Below, one piece after another: positions 22,746 to 34,700 of a stretch of 64,000 nt of DNA. Source of the DNA: Corallochytrium limacisporum Hawaii (taxonomy: Eukaryota > Protista > Pluriformea); the NCBI GenBank assembly GCA_002811645.1, contig PDIP01000059.1, forward strand, positions 1-64,000, read 5' to 3'. Under the pieces are notes generated by a model that saw only the letters and a program-made list of their open reading frames with translations, had not been told where the DNA came from and ran no database searches. Made by a program: the position numbers and the translations under genes. How positions within the stretch are numbered: the first letter of the stretch is position 1; each line of letters opens with the position of its first letter.

Positions 22746-23410
22746 TGTGCTTCTATGTGTAAGGAAGTGTGCTTGTGTTTGTATGGATGGTCTTGATTTA
22801 TAGTTCCAAGCCTGATTCAGCAGTTGCCTATTTCGCGATCTCCACCTGTGAGAGTGCCCTTACATCAGTGTGCGTTTGGGGTTGGTGTCATAAGTTCCGA
22901 TCATTCTGCAAATACCCCAACTTGGACAGAATGCACGCATTCACCAAATTGCCAATCTCACGGATGGAGTTCTGCGCCATTGAGACTCGCGCACCCATGC
23001 ACCCACGCACCCATTTCTTTGGAGAGACCCCTCCTACCCACCCAACGGACCGTCAAGGCGGCACTCCACGCGGGGTCGGCACCTGCACAGCCATAAGCGG
23101 AGAGGAGCCAGTCGGGCCGAGTGAGAGACCCACCACGGAAAATTTCTGCTTTCCCGCCCTTACCACTTGACCCGCAGTGAACACTCATACACAGCGCAAG
23201 AGAAAGGGGAGCCTCCCCCGGGGGGGGGGTGTGAGCTTTTGGCCTTTGGGGCTTTGGTGCGGGACAAAATCAAAATCATAAGAAATGACTTCACGAATCA
23301 AAGAGGCAGCTGAACCCAGTGGCGGGTCTGGGAACCACAACCGTGCTGCACATTGGAAGGAGTTCTAAGATGATACTTGTTTACTGCTATGCTACCGGTG
23401 ACCTAATCTT

Positions 23411-24706
23411 TTACCAGCTGCCCAACCGCATCCGGTACAGCGTCCTCATTTTGGCGGCAGACAGACCATTATAGCCGTCGGAAGGAATGTAGGGCTGTGG
23501 AGTCACGGCAACAATTTGGTCTATACCTTCACTCTTGTTGGGATCCTCCCAGGACTTGGCCATGCCGTAGAAAACCATGTTGGGCACACGCTCGTAGGTG
23601 CTCTTACCACTAGTCGGATCGGTGTTGATGAGCTCGCGAAAATTGTTGTTGTGCATGCATTGCTTGCGCTCGGCCTTGATAACGATACAGCGAACCGATA
23701 CTCCGTGCTCCTTCGCAATGGCGATGAACCGACCGCGGTGATCTCTGCTCACGTTCGTATTGTCGATCACGCAGCTTTTCCCTCCCTTGAGTGCAGCATT
23801 GGCCGCATCCTTACACTTGGGAATGGACTTGAGCGTATCATTGTTAACTCTGACGTACCCATTGGCTTCGAAGTGCTCCTTCGCCATGGTGCTCTTGCCC
23901 GACCCTGGCAGGCCAACTAAGAGTACCATCTCCTGACCTTCCTTGTTGACAGATGGTGCCCAGGAGCTCATGTTGCCTTCGTCAGTATCCGTACCAAAGA
24001 TAGACGTTGGGTCCCAAGAGTCCCATTCGAATGGCACAGGCGCTTCGTCGAGGAAATATTCCTCGGGCGTACGGAAGGTTATACCAATGTTTGCAGCAAA
24101 GGCGCGATCGCTGTCAGTTTTGTCCTTCTTCTTGGACTTCTGCCAACCAGCCAACCTACCGGCCATGTCACCGACGAAAATGCTGCTTTCTTTGTCGGCT
24201 GTAATTTTGGCGTCGTTGTCCCCCTTGCTCAGAATGTGCTTGTCTAGAACATCCCACATGCCTGGCGCAGGCTTGCGATGAATGTCCCGTCTCAGAGATG
24301 CTATAGCCTCACACGGGATTCCCAGAGCCTCTGTCACATTCGCTATCCGCTCCTTCACATCACTCTCCTTAGTCTTTCCCTTGGCTACACCCATTTGGTT
24401 GCTGAAAATGACCAAGCGGTAGTCTAGGTCCTGAACAGCATGCTTCAGTCTCTTAACCGTGTTTGGAAATAAGAATCTCCAGTCATTCCCATCTTTGGCA
24501 AATGCTTTCCCGCTCTTTGTAGTCACCAAAGTGGAGTCCAGGTCCATGCCCAAGATCTTGGTTCCCTTGGCATCGTTGTGGGTCATCAACAGGCATCCAC
24601 CCTTCTCCACAGTCTGCCACGCTGCTCCAGGAACGGCATGGTCCTTACGTGCTGCCTTTCTCCGGAGGAGATCGAAAGCATTGACTGGACCTGCTCTCTT
24701 AGCCAT
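23411..24706 (-). CDS. PNKP: Bifunctional polynucleotide kinase 3'-phosphatase, no FHA domain
   Basis: HAD motif DLDSTL, FSNQMG, RKPAPGMW, FVGDMAGR, SDRAFAANIG; kinase P-loop GLPGSGKST and VIDNTN. Confidence 0.94.
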   Translation of the reverse strand: MAKRAGPVNAFDLLRRKAARKDHAVPGAAWQTVEKGGCLLMTHNDAKGTKILGMDLDSTLVTTKSGKAFAKDGNDWRFLFPNTVKRLKHAVQDLDYRLVIFSNQMGVAKGKTKESDVKERIANVTEALGIPCEAIASLRRDIHRKPAPGMWDVLDKHILSKGDNDAKITADKESSIFVGDMAGRLAGWQKSKKKDKTDSDRAFAANIGITFRTPEEYFLDEAPVPFEWDSWDPTSIFGTDTDEGNMSSWAPSVNKEGQEMVLLVGLPGSGKSTMAKEHFEANGYVRVNNDTLKSIPKCKDAANAALKGGKSCVIDNTNVSRDHRGRFIAIAKEHGVSVRCIVIKAERKQCMHNNNFRELINTDPTSGKSTYERVPNMVFYGMAKSWEDPNKSEGIDQIVAVTPQPYIPSDGYNGLSAAKMRTLYRMRLGSW

Positions 24707-25572
24707 TTTTCGGTGTTCCAGGCCAGCTTAAGACGCTCACACTGAAAACTTGTGCTACATCTTGTGGTCAAAGACGTCCAATACTTTTGCTGGGAAGCTC
24801 ACTGGCCCTCTCTGACGTCGAGTTTTGTATTAGAAGGCCCTCAATACCAGGACCTTGCACACCCCAGAATGCCGTTCGCGCCTTCCATGCCAACCTTCCA
24901 CTCCTTCCCTGCACAACACGCGATGAGCTCACTCTCTCATCACCCGCCATACTCAACTTTCGAAATTCATATACTTCACGTAGCTGGCGAAAAATTGAAA
25001 TGTCTGTAGTTTTTCTTTGCACTTAGGCGCGGTTACCGTATAGGAAAATGACGCGCAAATAATATGATATACGTACACCGGAGTTTAGTGTCCCCCCAAC
25101 GCATTTCACCGCCCGCCAAATCGGGGGTCACCAGTCAATTTCTCTGAACGGGCTTGGTATAAAAATAGGCCCCCATTACAACCCTTCCCCCAGGACCGGG
25201 GCTGGTGGTCCTTGGGTGTTGGAAGCACCGGATTCGCATCAACTCGGCGTCCGAACGCGAGCCTAGGGGTGACGACAACCGATTCATCGGGACCGAAACT
25301 AACTGAGTACATTGGTTACTGAAAAACAACTCTTCGTTTTCTTGGGGGGAGGTGGGGGGCGGGGGAATTGATACTGACCCGCGGTTGTATGGAAAATCAT
25401 AATGTTTGACGAATCGACCACGGTTCACTAGGACTGTTGCCGCTATTGCCGGGAATAATGATCAAGGAGATCTAAGATTGGGCAATGGCACTCCTCGAGG
25501 TCAAAATCATAGGAAGAAATACGGTTATGTAGATTTAATTCAGCGGGTAGCACTGCCACATGATGATTAGAA

Positions 25573-26874
25573 ATGGTTGGAGTAACGAAGACAGACACCA
25601 ACTCATGTTCTTCCATGAGCATGAAGCATATGTACGGCTTCTTAGGGCCTGGCCCTAAGGTAATGCGGCGCAATCTGATGTTCAAGTGGTTCGGCCTTTT
25701 CTTGGTGCTACTAACCACAATCTATTTGGTGATCTGCGCGACTGGTTTGGATATTGGGACCGAGACGAATTTCATCGGCGACTCTGAATCCATCTTCGCT
25801 ATTGTCCCTGATGCGACGGAGTCTGAGAGCATCCAGGAATATGATCTCATAGAAACTACCGAACCGGTGCGTAAACGTAAGCGCATCGTCCTTACTACTG
25901 GCAACGGAGGCAATCTTGACTTCATGGTGAATTGGCAGATCACCCTGCGGGCCTCAATGCGCGACGGTGACGAAATTGAGCATATGGTAATTGTCGAAGA
26001 CTGCGCAAGTTGTGATCTTATCAGGCGCCATCTTGGTGAGAAACACACCGATTGTAGTCGGTGCAGCAATAGCGTTTCCAGTGGTGCTCTCTGGTTTGGA
26101 AAGCAGGACTATGTGGCTATGATGTTGCGACGCCCGGAGCATATCAAAGCATACCTGGACCAGGGTTACGACGTCCTATTCAGTGACTCTGACGTAGTTT
26201 TCATCGATCACCCTTGGGCCTACTTTGACGAGCAGTATGAGAGCAATATGCAGAGCATGATGCTTACTTTGGAATCATGGATCTCCATCGGTACCAAGAA
26301 GAAAGACCATCGGAGGTACCTCGTGGATGTGCGCAATACACTTCGGGCCCGCTACCAGCAAGACAGCAAGTCAGTAACCAAGCCACTTGGCGAAGCCATC
26401 GCTGAATACATTTTCAGGGAGGCACCTGAGCAGGATTTCCTGGTTTGCGCTTGTATGGTTGTCGTCCACAATGATGACTTCGGACATCAGCTGGTAGACG
26501 AATGGGCTGTAGCACTAGCAGCGCAGGACCCGCCCACGGAAGCTTCGGATCAGGATGCACTGAATCAAATCATCAAGACTCACCGTGACGACGCACGCAT
26601 TCAAGTCGCGTCAATGTTCAAGTACTGCGGCGGCTTCATGCTACGTCTCCGGGGTTGCCACAATCCTCGCTGGGTACACATTAACTGGACACAGGGACAT
26701 GACAACAAGTTACAGTATCTGATTGGATGGCAGCTTTACTACACGCCATTCTGTCTGCTTGATAATCAGGCACACTATCCGTGTCCGTTGATCATGTCCT
26801 CCGAGGATCCCAAGGCAGTCGTCTGGGAGGATAGTTCACTAAAGTCTCGCCTTCGCGACTTCATCCGTTTGTAG
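25573..26874 (+). CDS. Nucleotide-diphospho-sugar transferase (GT77/Nucleotid_trans-like), type II membrane protein
   Basis: N-terminal TM anchor, GYDVLFSDSDVVF (DxD), SDQDALN and VHINW. The start may instead be ATG 25615 or 25621. Confidence 0.8.
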   Translation: MVGVTKTDTNSCSSMSMKHMYGFLGPGPKVMRRNLMFKWFGLFLVLLTTIYLVICATGLDIGTETNFIGDSESIFAIVPDATESESIQEYDLIETTEPVRKRKRIVLTTGNGGNLDFMVNWQITLRASMRDGDEIEHMVIVEDCASCDLIRRHLGEKHTDCSRCSNSVSSGALWFGKQDYVAMMLRRPEHIKAYLDQGYDVLFSDSDVVFIDHPWAYFDEQYESNMQSMMLTLESWISIGTKKKDHRRYLVDVRNTLRARYQQDSKSVTKPLGEAIAEYIFREAPEQDFLVCACMVVVHNDDFGHQLVDEWAVALAAQDPPTEASDQDALNQIIKTHRDDARIQVASMFKYCGGFMLRLRGCHNPRWVHINWTQGHDNKLQYLIGWQLYYTPFCLLDNQAHYPCPLIMSSEDPKAVVWEDSSLKSRLRDFIRL

Positions 26875-28034
26875 AAAGATCAACAACAGAGCGACCTATC
26901 GCTCCCATACATAGCTCTCCATATAGAACGTTCAATACACCATCCGGCAATGTCCGGGGCTTTCACCGTGTCAATAATTTCCTGTCCCCGTTCCTTCGTC
27001 GAAGCCACGCACGAAAATTGGGAGAGGGTAGGGTATCTCCAGATTGTTGGCTGGGGATGTGCTCATCTCTTCCTCCGAAATCACTAGCCTGCCAAGTACT
27101 ACACTTCAGCTGGCCCCTTTCTTTTACTCTACCACCAGCGCGATTGCCCAACCTCCCGGCCCCCCGGGGGGGGAGGGGGATAATTCCCCCTCCGTCCAAG
27201 GACATTTCCCCAGTGTCGTTCGCACCGACGAGCCGGTTGGTAGCGCTGAGACGAAGGCCCCGGGGGGGGGGGGGGGTTGGGGCAGTGGTAGGTCTGCACC
27301 AGGGAGGGAGGGAGTGCCCGGCCCGGCCCGGCCCGGGCCGGAAAAGGTTCGATCCGAGCGGTTGCGCACATAGGGCACGGTCTCAGGCCCTGTCATCGAC
27401 AATGAATTCTCTGTCTGGGACTCGGTTATTTCATGTCTTTCATTGTCATTTGGTGATGGGTAGTTCTCAAACGATTTTTTAACACCTGGAGGTTGTCGAT
27501 GACATATGAGTGGAAAAAGTTGTGTGGGATTGCCTGGGCTCTGTACAGTCGGTATTGAGACTCCGTAAGTATCGACATTGAGTCGGACAGTTGGATTTGG
27601 TTTGCCACTGAATCATGGTCTCAGTTATGATCTCTACGAGTGTATTTATGAATTGAGTTGTGTACATTGAAAAAGAACCACGGGAGAAGAGCGTCTGCGG
27701 CCACCATGCCGCTCTGTTTCCAGAACACAACCGCTCAAATCTAGGAAGGTTAAGCTCACACAATGGAATGACCCATCGTAGTTCACATAGTTCAGCCAAA
27801 CTTAGAATCAAAGAGCCGTGCTCTGCGACACTTACAGCCTCTGAAGAGGATTTATCAAAGAACTGAAGCGAAAGATGATGTGGTGGTCCTTAGATCGAGC
27901 CTATATTCCCTTGATCATGGATGGAAGTCTACGCCTGATATTGCAGCATTGCAGATTGAACACAGGTAAATGTCCATTCATTGAATGACCAATACAACTG
28001 AAGTTGTACGAAATTCGCCGCAATCATAGTTTAC

Positions 28035-29506
28035 TTATGCAGACGATGTGAACCATGTCGGCAACACAGGGTGCAAGTTTGGGGCTTCCTCTGAGATCAC
28101 AACCTGTCGATTGTTTGGATGATACTGCAGTTTGTACATAGCTTCGGTGTGTTGTTTCACCACCGTCGCTTTGATCTGGTCCAGCAGACTCTCTGCGAAG
28201 TTTGCACACGCAGTGGGCTCCCAGTAAGTCTGTTTGTGTTCTTCAGAAGCAAAGACGTTTGTTGGGAATCGGGCAATATCACGGACAACCCCATTCGGAT
28301 GCCGAAACCCTATCACAATGTATGGAATGCCACCTGCAAATGACTGTGCCCAGTACTTCATCGCTTTGCGATTGCGCCTAAATTTGTGGAGTTCCTGATT
28401 TCCCCGGTTGTGTCCGGACCACATGGCTGTGGTCTTTAACTCTAAGTACGCGTCCATAGGATCCGGTGACTGTCCCATTAATCCTGGATCGATACAGTCG
28501 ACCTCGGCCCCCAATAGAACATGATTAGATCCCAGGCATGCCCTTGCAATCACACAGAACTGATCCTTGTCATTTACCCTCCCGTGGCCGGTCCAGCCGG
28601 CGTTGGGATCCTCGATGCATGCATAGTCCTCAAACTTGCGTCCCCAGTAGGCCATCAGCCGCAGACGGTTCGGCATGGTGCCGCCGTGCTGGCGTGCAAA
28701 TTCTGTGTCACTGATCCGGAGTTTCAAATATATTGTATGCTTGTGTTTAACAGCAAGTAGCGTCCATGAATCCGACTCATACGGTGTGCACAGCAATTTA
28801 CTCATCGTCCCCCGCCACATAATGAAATCGGCCAAGTTTGTCGCATCCATATTCACCGGCGGGTGCACTGACTTCCGCCCTTGCAGGATCCACAACAAGA
28901 AATTATCGAGGTTATATACATCGTCCTGGTTCTTTTCCACAGACTCTTCGTATTGATCGAAGCCAATGTTCAAATCAACAGGAGGAACCAAGCGGGTATT
29001 GAAATACTTTCGCATGCGTTGATCGTAGGCGATCTTCCCGTCAACGAGACTGAAGGTATCGACCTGACGTGGTTTTGCATAGTAAGGGAAAGGTTTCATG
29101 TACCTAATGGGGTCACTGTCTATGCTGGTCAAATGTCGCCCCTGGGGCCCGGCTGGTTGTTGTGACTGTTGTTGCTGTGAATGGCCACTGACTTGAGGTT
29201 GATAGGACGGTCCTATTGCGGTGGCTGCGGGGGCATTGGTCTTCCCTGGGCCATGTATTGTTGTCCCTGACCAGTATGTGGCTGTGTTTCATGCGGCGAT
29301 CCGTGTGAACCATAAGACCCATGGGAGCCATAAGATCCTGTGCGCGGCGGTGCGTACTGCATATGCTCCGTCTGTAAGGTATAGACGTTTTTGTTTGTCG
29401 GCGGTGCACCTGGGTGGGAATAGTTCGGCAGCGGTGCTTGTTGATAGCCTGATTGGTCCACCGGGTGCTGCCCCGGAGGCATACCTTGCTGCGGATTTCC
29501 ACTCAT
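28035..29506 (-). CDS. DXO: DXO/Rai1/Dom3Z decapping exoribonuclease; Q/P/G-rich N-terminal part (29213-29506) is in a different frame from the catalytic part
   Basis: WRGTMSKLLCTPYE, YWGRKFEDY, GAEVDC, YLELKT and KYWAQSF motifs in 28035-29132. That frame stays open upstream to about 29290 and overlaps the upstream ORF. Confidence 0.8.
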
Positions 29507-30000
29507 CGTACCAAGATTTATGTCATTTCCGTTTTCAATATCCTCAGCGCTAATGCGTTTCTTTTCTCCGGCATGATCTGAAACCTACTCTCACGAAATT
29601 TATATCCCTTGTCTGATTGTTTGCGCCTAGTCTCTCACTTGTTTGTACTATAAACCTACGTACATGGCTTAAGTACCCGTCACCAAAGTCCAATACTGAG
29701 CCAAGGCTCAACTAGTCGCAGACTCCGTTCCAGGATGGTTGGGGTGAGGGCCACCCCCCACGGGGCCCCGGTGGTGAGTGGGGGATTAGCAAAAAAACCC
29801 GCCAAATTTCGCTTGAAGGACCTCCCAGGAAATGGGCCCGCTCACAGCCCGGCTGCCTCAGCATGGACGTGTGATATGCACTCTGCATTCGGCAGCAAGC
29901 GGGGCGCACAGTGGGCACGGTACGAAACCATTTGTACATCGGCTAAATTGAAAGTGTTTATAAAGTGCAAATCTCTATGAAACAAGGGAGCCCCATGTCT

Positions 30001-31731
30001 TTAGGCAAAGACGCTGGTGATGGTCATGAACATGTAGCCCAAGCCCAACAGTGCAAACTTTGTGGTCTTTCGCTCGCCAGTACTGAATTCTTCAGCCATT
30101 GTGACGGTAAGAGCGATGTAGATGAAGGTGCCAGCGCCTAGTGAATCAAATATCCCAGACAGCCAGGGCATGACCTCGCTATTGGGAATGAGAGCCGTGA
30201 CAAGACCACCGAAGAAGATACCAAGGGGCGTGGTAGATGAAAAGATTAGGGCCAAGCGCATGTGAAATGGCTTCTTAATACCAGCGCGCACAAATTCGCA
30301 TCCCAGAGCAAATGCCGCAATGCCTTTGTGAGCAATGATGGCAATGAAAACAACCATGGCAGAGTCCAGACTAGTGGCAAAGCCCACGGCCATCCCTGCT
30401 AGTATGGAGTGCAGACCCAAAACCAGCAGCAAGAGGTACGCCATAGTGTTGTCATCCGCAGCCTCCTCAGTGCGGCTGAGACAGATGGCATCTAACGCTT
30501 CAACTGACGGTGGTTTCGCTAAATTCGTTGCCATAGACTCACGACGATGATGGTGTCGATGGTGGGTAGCGTGGTGCATGTGATTGGCCAACCGGATTGC
30601 AGTACGGAAACCTTGGGCGAATACACGACTGTGGTAGAATACCCGGTGGGGATGAGATTCATGCAAGTGACACACTTCATCACTCTTAAGGAATCTTTCC
30701 AGAAGAATTTCAGAATCCCTCTCTGCCAACGCCTTTTCAGTCAGTGGAAGTGGATCCCATCCTCCGAGGCCGTGGCCGCCGTAGCCAACCTCGGTGGCGC
30801 TTCGCAGCAAAGGCGTCCTCTCGGTCGCTCCATTGACTACTCCACTCTCGAGATCCCGGTCACTTTCTGCAGCAGTGTGAATCACTGCGGCTTCTACTTC
30901 AGGGGGAATGTCTACTGTGGCCAAATCCATAATTTCAACTGCATCGTCCGAAACGGCGTCATCTGTGTCTTTTTGACGGGGTTCAATGAAATGCCGCAAG
31001 ATGGCTTGTTTGCGGGTTTCGAATTCCGACTTTTCATCCACTTCAAACCGAGGACCATTCTGGGACCGAGTTCGTGCCGAGGGTGAGTGACTTCGTCTCC
31101 TAGACGGTCTTTTTTCTTTCCGGGCAGAGTGTGTGCCAGTGCTTCGGCGCATGTGCCAAGTAGGCCGCTCACTACCGTCCTGATACTGTATCGATTTCGC
31201 TTTGTCACGTTCAGCATTTCTTGCTTTGCATGCCTTGCGACACTGTCTGGACTGTGCATGGCTACTTCCAGTGCTCTCTATACCGTCCACACTACCAGGT
31301 TCACCGGATGAGACTTCGTTCGTCTCCGAACAGTCTGTTTCCCCACAGCATTCTTCGTTCTCCTCATTGGGGAAAATAATGGCTTCCACACCCTTGAACA
31401 GAACCTTCTCCACAAGCAACACTAGCAACACACCACAACAACACAGGAACGGTGCCAGTGGAAAAGGTTTCGCGGTGCCGTCCAAGGAAGGAACATAGAA
31501 AGTCCTACCAGCCTCTTCAAGCTTCGCAGTGCCGTCAGGTAGCATATGTACTAATCCAGCCGCCAGAAAAACACCTCCGGCAAAAGACTGTGCGAGAGAC
31601 AAGGTGGTTCGGTCTCCCTTCAGGAGTAGCGGACCCATACAAGTGAAGAAACCAAGGACGAAAACAAACACACATCCCACCAGCTTGGCGAGGGTGAGTG
31701 CTGTTTCCGATACCTCTCCAAATTGATTCAT
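30001..31731 (-). CDS. ZIP (SLC39/Zrt-Irt) metal transporter with long His-rich loop
   Basis: FAGGVFLAAGLVHMLPD, LGLHSILAGMAVG, AIIAHKGIAAFALG, FSSTTPLGI, AGTFIYIA; 3+5 TM arrangement. Confidence 0.94.
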   Translation of the reverse strand: MNQFGEVSETALTLAKLVGCVFVFVLGFFTCMGPLLLKGDRTTLSLAQSFAGGVFLAAGLVHMLPDGTAKLEEAGRTFYVPSLDGTAKPFPLAPFLCCCGVLLVLLVEKVLFKGVEAIIFPNEENEECCGETDCSETNEVSSGEPGSVDGIESTGSSHAQSRQCRKACKARNAERDKAKSIQYQDGSERPTWHMRRSTGTHSARKEKRPSRRRSHSPSARTRSQNGPRFEVDEKSEFETRKQAILRHFIEPRQKDTDDAVSDDAVEIMDLATVDIPPEVEAAVIHTAAESDRDLESGVVNGATERTPLLRSATEVGYGGHGLGGWDPLPLTEKALAERDSEILLERFLKSDEVCHLHESHPHRVFYHSRVFAQGFRTAIRLANHMHHATHHRHHHRRESMATNLAKPPSVEALDAICLSRTEEAADDNTMAYLLLLVLGLHSILAGMAVGFATSLDSAMVVFIAIIAHKGIAAFALGCEFVRAGIKKPFHMRLALIFSSTTPLGIFFGGLVTALIPNSEVMPWLSGIFDSLGAGTFIYIALTVTMAEEFSTGERKTTKFALLGLGYMFMTITSVFA

Positions 31732-34700
31732 GATGCTCGTTTCCGTCGATCCACTACAATTTAAGGATTTCTCAATAATTGATGAAGCTATTTTCTACCC
31801 CATATTCTCGATTCAGAGTACTTCATGGATCTAAAGTCGGTGAGTCCACTACAAGGTTACTTCACCCCTTGAAGTGTTACATCCGCTGGTGCTCAAGCCC
31901 ATACAACCAATTTCAAAAGCCACAGTGGCTGACCACCTGATCCTAAACCAAATACCTGCAAAAAGTTTGGCTCAAGACGGCTCTCCATCTCTAGTCATGT
32001 TTCGAAAAGTTGAGCTCAAAAATGGCGTTAGGCGAGACTTCGGTGAACCGACGAGAGTGTGAGTGGTCTCCAGCCCCTCTCGGTCGGTCTCTCACTCATT
32101 CTCTATTTCCTTCCTTCTCATTTTTCTTCGTCGGTCTCTCGAGCTGTGTACACTGGGACTTGCGAGCTGCAACCGCCACAGCAGCGGGTTTTTCGAAAAT
32201 CGCTCTCCTCCACCTCCCGCTCTGACTGCGCTCTCCTTGGAATGGAATCTCTTGCGTCCGCAGCAGCCAGCACTCTCTCAATCGCGGGATCTCAAAGAAT
32301 GAAAAAACGTTCGTCGGTCGCGTAAGGAGGGAACCGCCCCCTCCCGACACAGATGAGTACGCAGAGCAAGCGATCACAACCCCCTCCCTGTTTCCTGGGG
32401 GGTGGGTGGTGGCAGATTCCAAGTATTTTTTTTTTCCTTTAACTTCGACGGATGTTTGAGAGGTCAACCGCAGAACCTGACCAGGGCCGTGAGAAGCCAG
32501 TTTGCAGCGGACCAAAACCGAGAGGGCGAGCAATACCTATAAATGGGATGGGTGTCCCATCGCTATCTGCCCTCGCTTACACCCTCCGATAACTTTTTGC
32601 TTACGCGCATGTCTACTGCACCACAACCGACAACTCCTGGTTGAACATTTGGGCCTCTTCCGTTGTTGCTACCAAGTCCCCCTTCCCGCTTTGGGTCGGT
32701 TTTGCTTACACCGCCCGACCTTTTGTGACGCAAGGTCTGGTGCCCCACCGCCGCCGCCTTGCACCCGGCTCTGGTATAAACATAATTGACGACCGACGTG
32801 GCTTGCTGTTGCCACCACGCTGGGGAACGAGTGAAAAAGTCGAAGCTAGATCCGCGATATAGACCCTGTTTGGCCAGAAGACTTGCCTGGCTCCATTTTA
32901 GATCTGATTTCATATAGGGGTTCGCAGGGCCAAAGCAAATTGTATACTATCAGGTGAGCAAAGGGTTTTGGCATGTGTGGTATGAAGACGGGGCTTTGCT
33001 GTTTTGGCACGTATGCGCAGCGTGCTGCCCGGGGCCCTTGGCGACCGACAATATGTGGACCGAAGGGGGTTCTGTCTCTCTTGTGCATAAAACGGGCCGC
33101 GCTCTTCCTTCTAACCAGTGTGCCCCAGTTTTGGCCTAAACCCTCCCCCCCCCCCCCCCCTTCTCCTCCTTGGCTATTGTGGTGCTCCCTGGCTCATTAC
33201 ACACCTCTCGGTAACGCACTGCTTGCCGTCCCCCTCCATCCCATAAGGTGTCTCTCCCTATAGTTTTTTCCACTTTGTTCAATACGGATCCCTTCCTGAC
33301 TGTTTCACTTATTTCAAATTTCCGTGCCTCTTTCTGGCAGTTTCCCCTCCGTCTCCTGTTGTCCGCAGCCCTTCCCATGTATTTCTTTAGTCTCTGTCCA
33401 CCCACTCACTCGGGTTTTGAACCCTACGTTGTCTAGCACCACGCCGGCTTTCCACTGACCAAATTAAACCAATGCAATTCTTTTCATTGTCAACAGAAAA
33501 ATTTTCTTTGGTATTGCAACCCCCCTCCGGGTCCTTCCCCGTTCCCAATTCTAGTACCGAGGGATCGCAATTTTTTTCTCGTTTCTCAATGTTTCTTCCT
33601 TTTCCTCCGTTCCCCTCCTCCCCCCCCCCCCCCAAAAGCACGTTGTTCTAGTAATTACGAACGCTCGTCGCGTGCTGTTTTGAGGATGGGGTGCGCAGGA
33701 GTAATGTTTGTGTCCTCTCATCTGCCTCTCGGTCCGTGTAGTGTGTCTACCACGGAGTTACGCTTCTGTCCGTGTGCTAAATTACGTGGACGCGCGCGCC
33801 ACAGGACGTGTTGGGGTGAAGGGCAAATTTGGGGAGAGAGAACGAGCAGAAAGCACCGAATCCATCATTTATCTGTTGGGGTTTCGGTAGCACCACAATA
33901 TAACATGCGTCAGAGGTGTTGGCCTAATGATCCAGGGACCACTGTGTCCCATTCACCTGCCACCGCCTTCCCCCTCACGGCACGCATTGGACACCCAGAG
34001 AGATGCGAAAGCGAAAACTTCTTGCCCATTTCGGGTCAACGAGGAAGCAACAACGGAATGGGAGTAGGAAAAGGGGCTTCTGCCGGTACACAGAGTACTG
34101 GGAGAAGTTGAAAAGGCTTGGAGAGATGGGGAGAATAGGGCTTTCACATTCGAAAATTAATCGCGGTATTGCCATCGGTCCTTCCTGAACTCGGTTGTTC
34201 TGGTATAGATCTATATACTTTTGCTGAGCCACTGCGTATGCAAACGAGCCGTTAAACCATCGCATTCGTTGGAAAGACCATCATTATCAATGATTCCTCC
34301 GTACCGGTATGTAAACAACGAATTTTGCAGCTTTCGCCGGTTCGAAATCGATGGAACAAATGGTTCTTTTATACTCAATATATGGAAGTGGGTGATTGAA
34401 TCATCCGAGAGTTCTTTCTGTCTGTTGCTGGCCCTCTCCATGCAGTGAGCACGGCAACAGCGGGATTCACAACTCATCGCAATTGTGAAACCAAGAAAAT
34501 ATGAGTAGGAGCATTATAATTAAAGGGCATTTTTTTCATTCATCGGATACCGCAAAGCATATAACGCACCGGGGTCCGCGGGAGAAGGGGGTTGAGGCCC
34601 ATCGTCCCAGTGTCGCACAAAAGGCCGTCCGTGGACCGATCGAGCCGGACCGTGCGGTGTCTCTGGCACAATACCAACCCGGACGAAGCGGCGTAAACCG

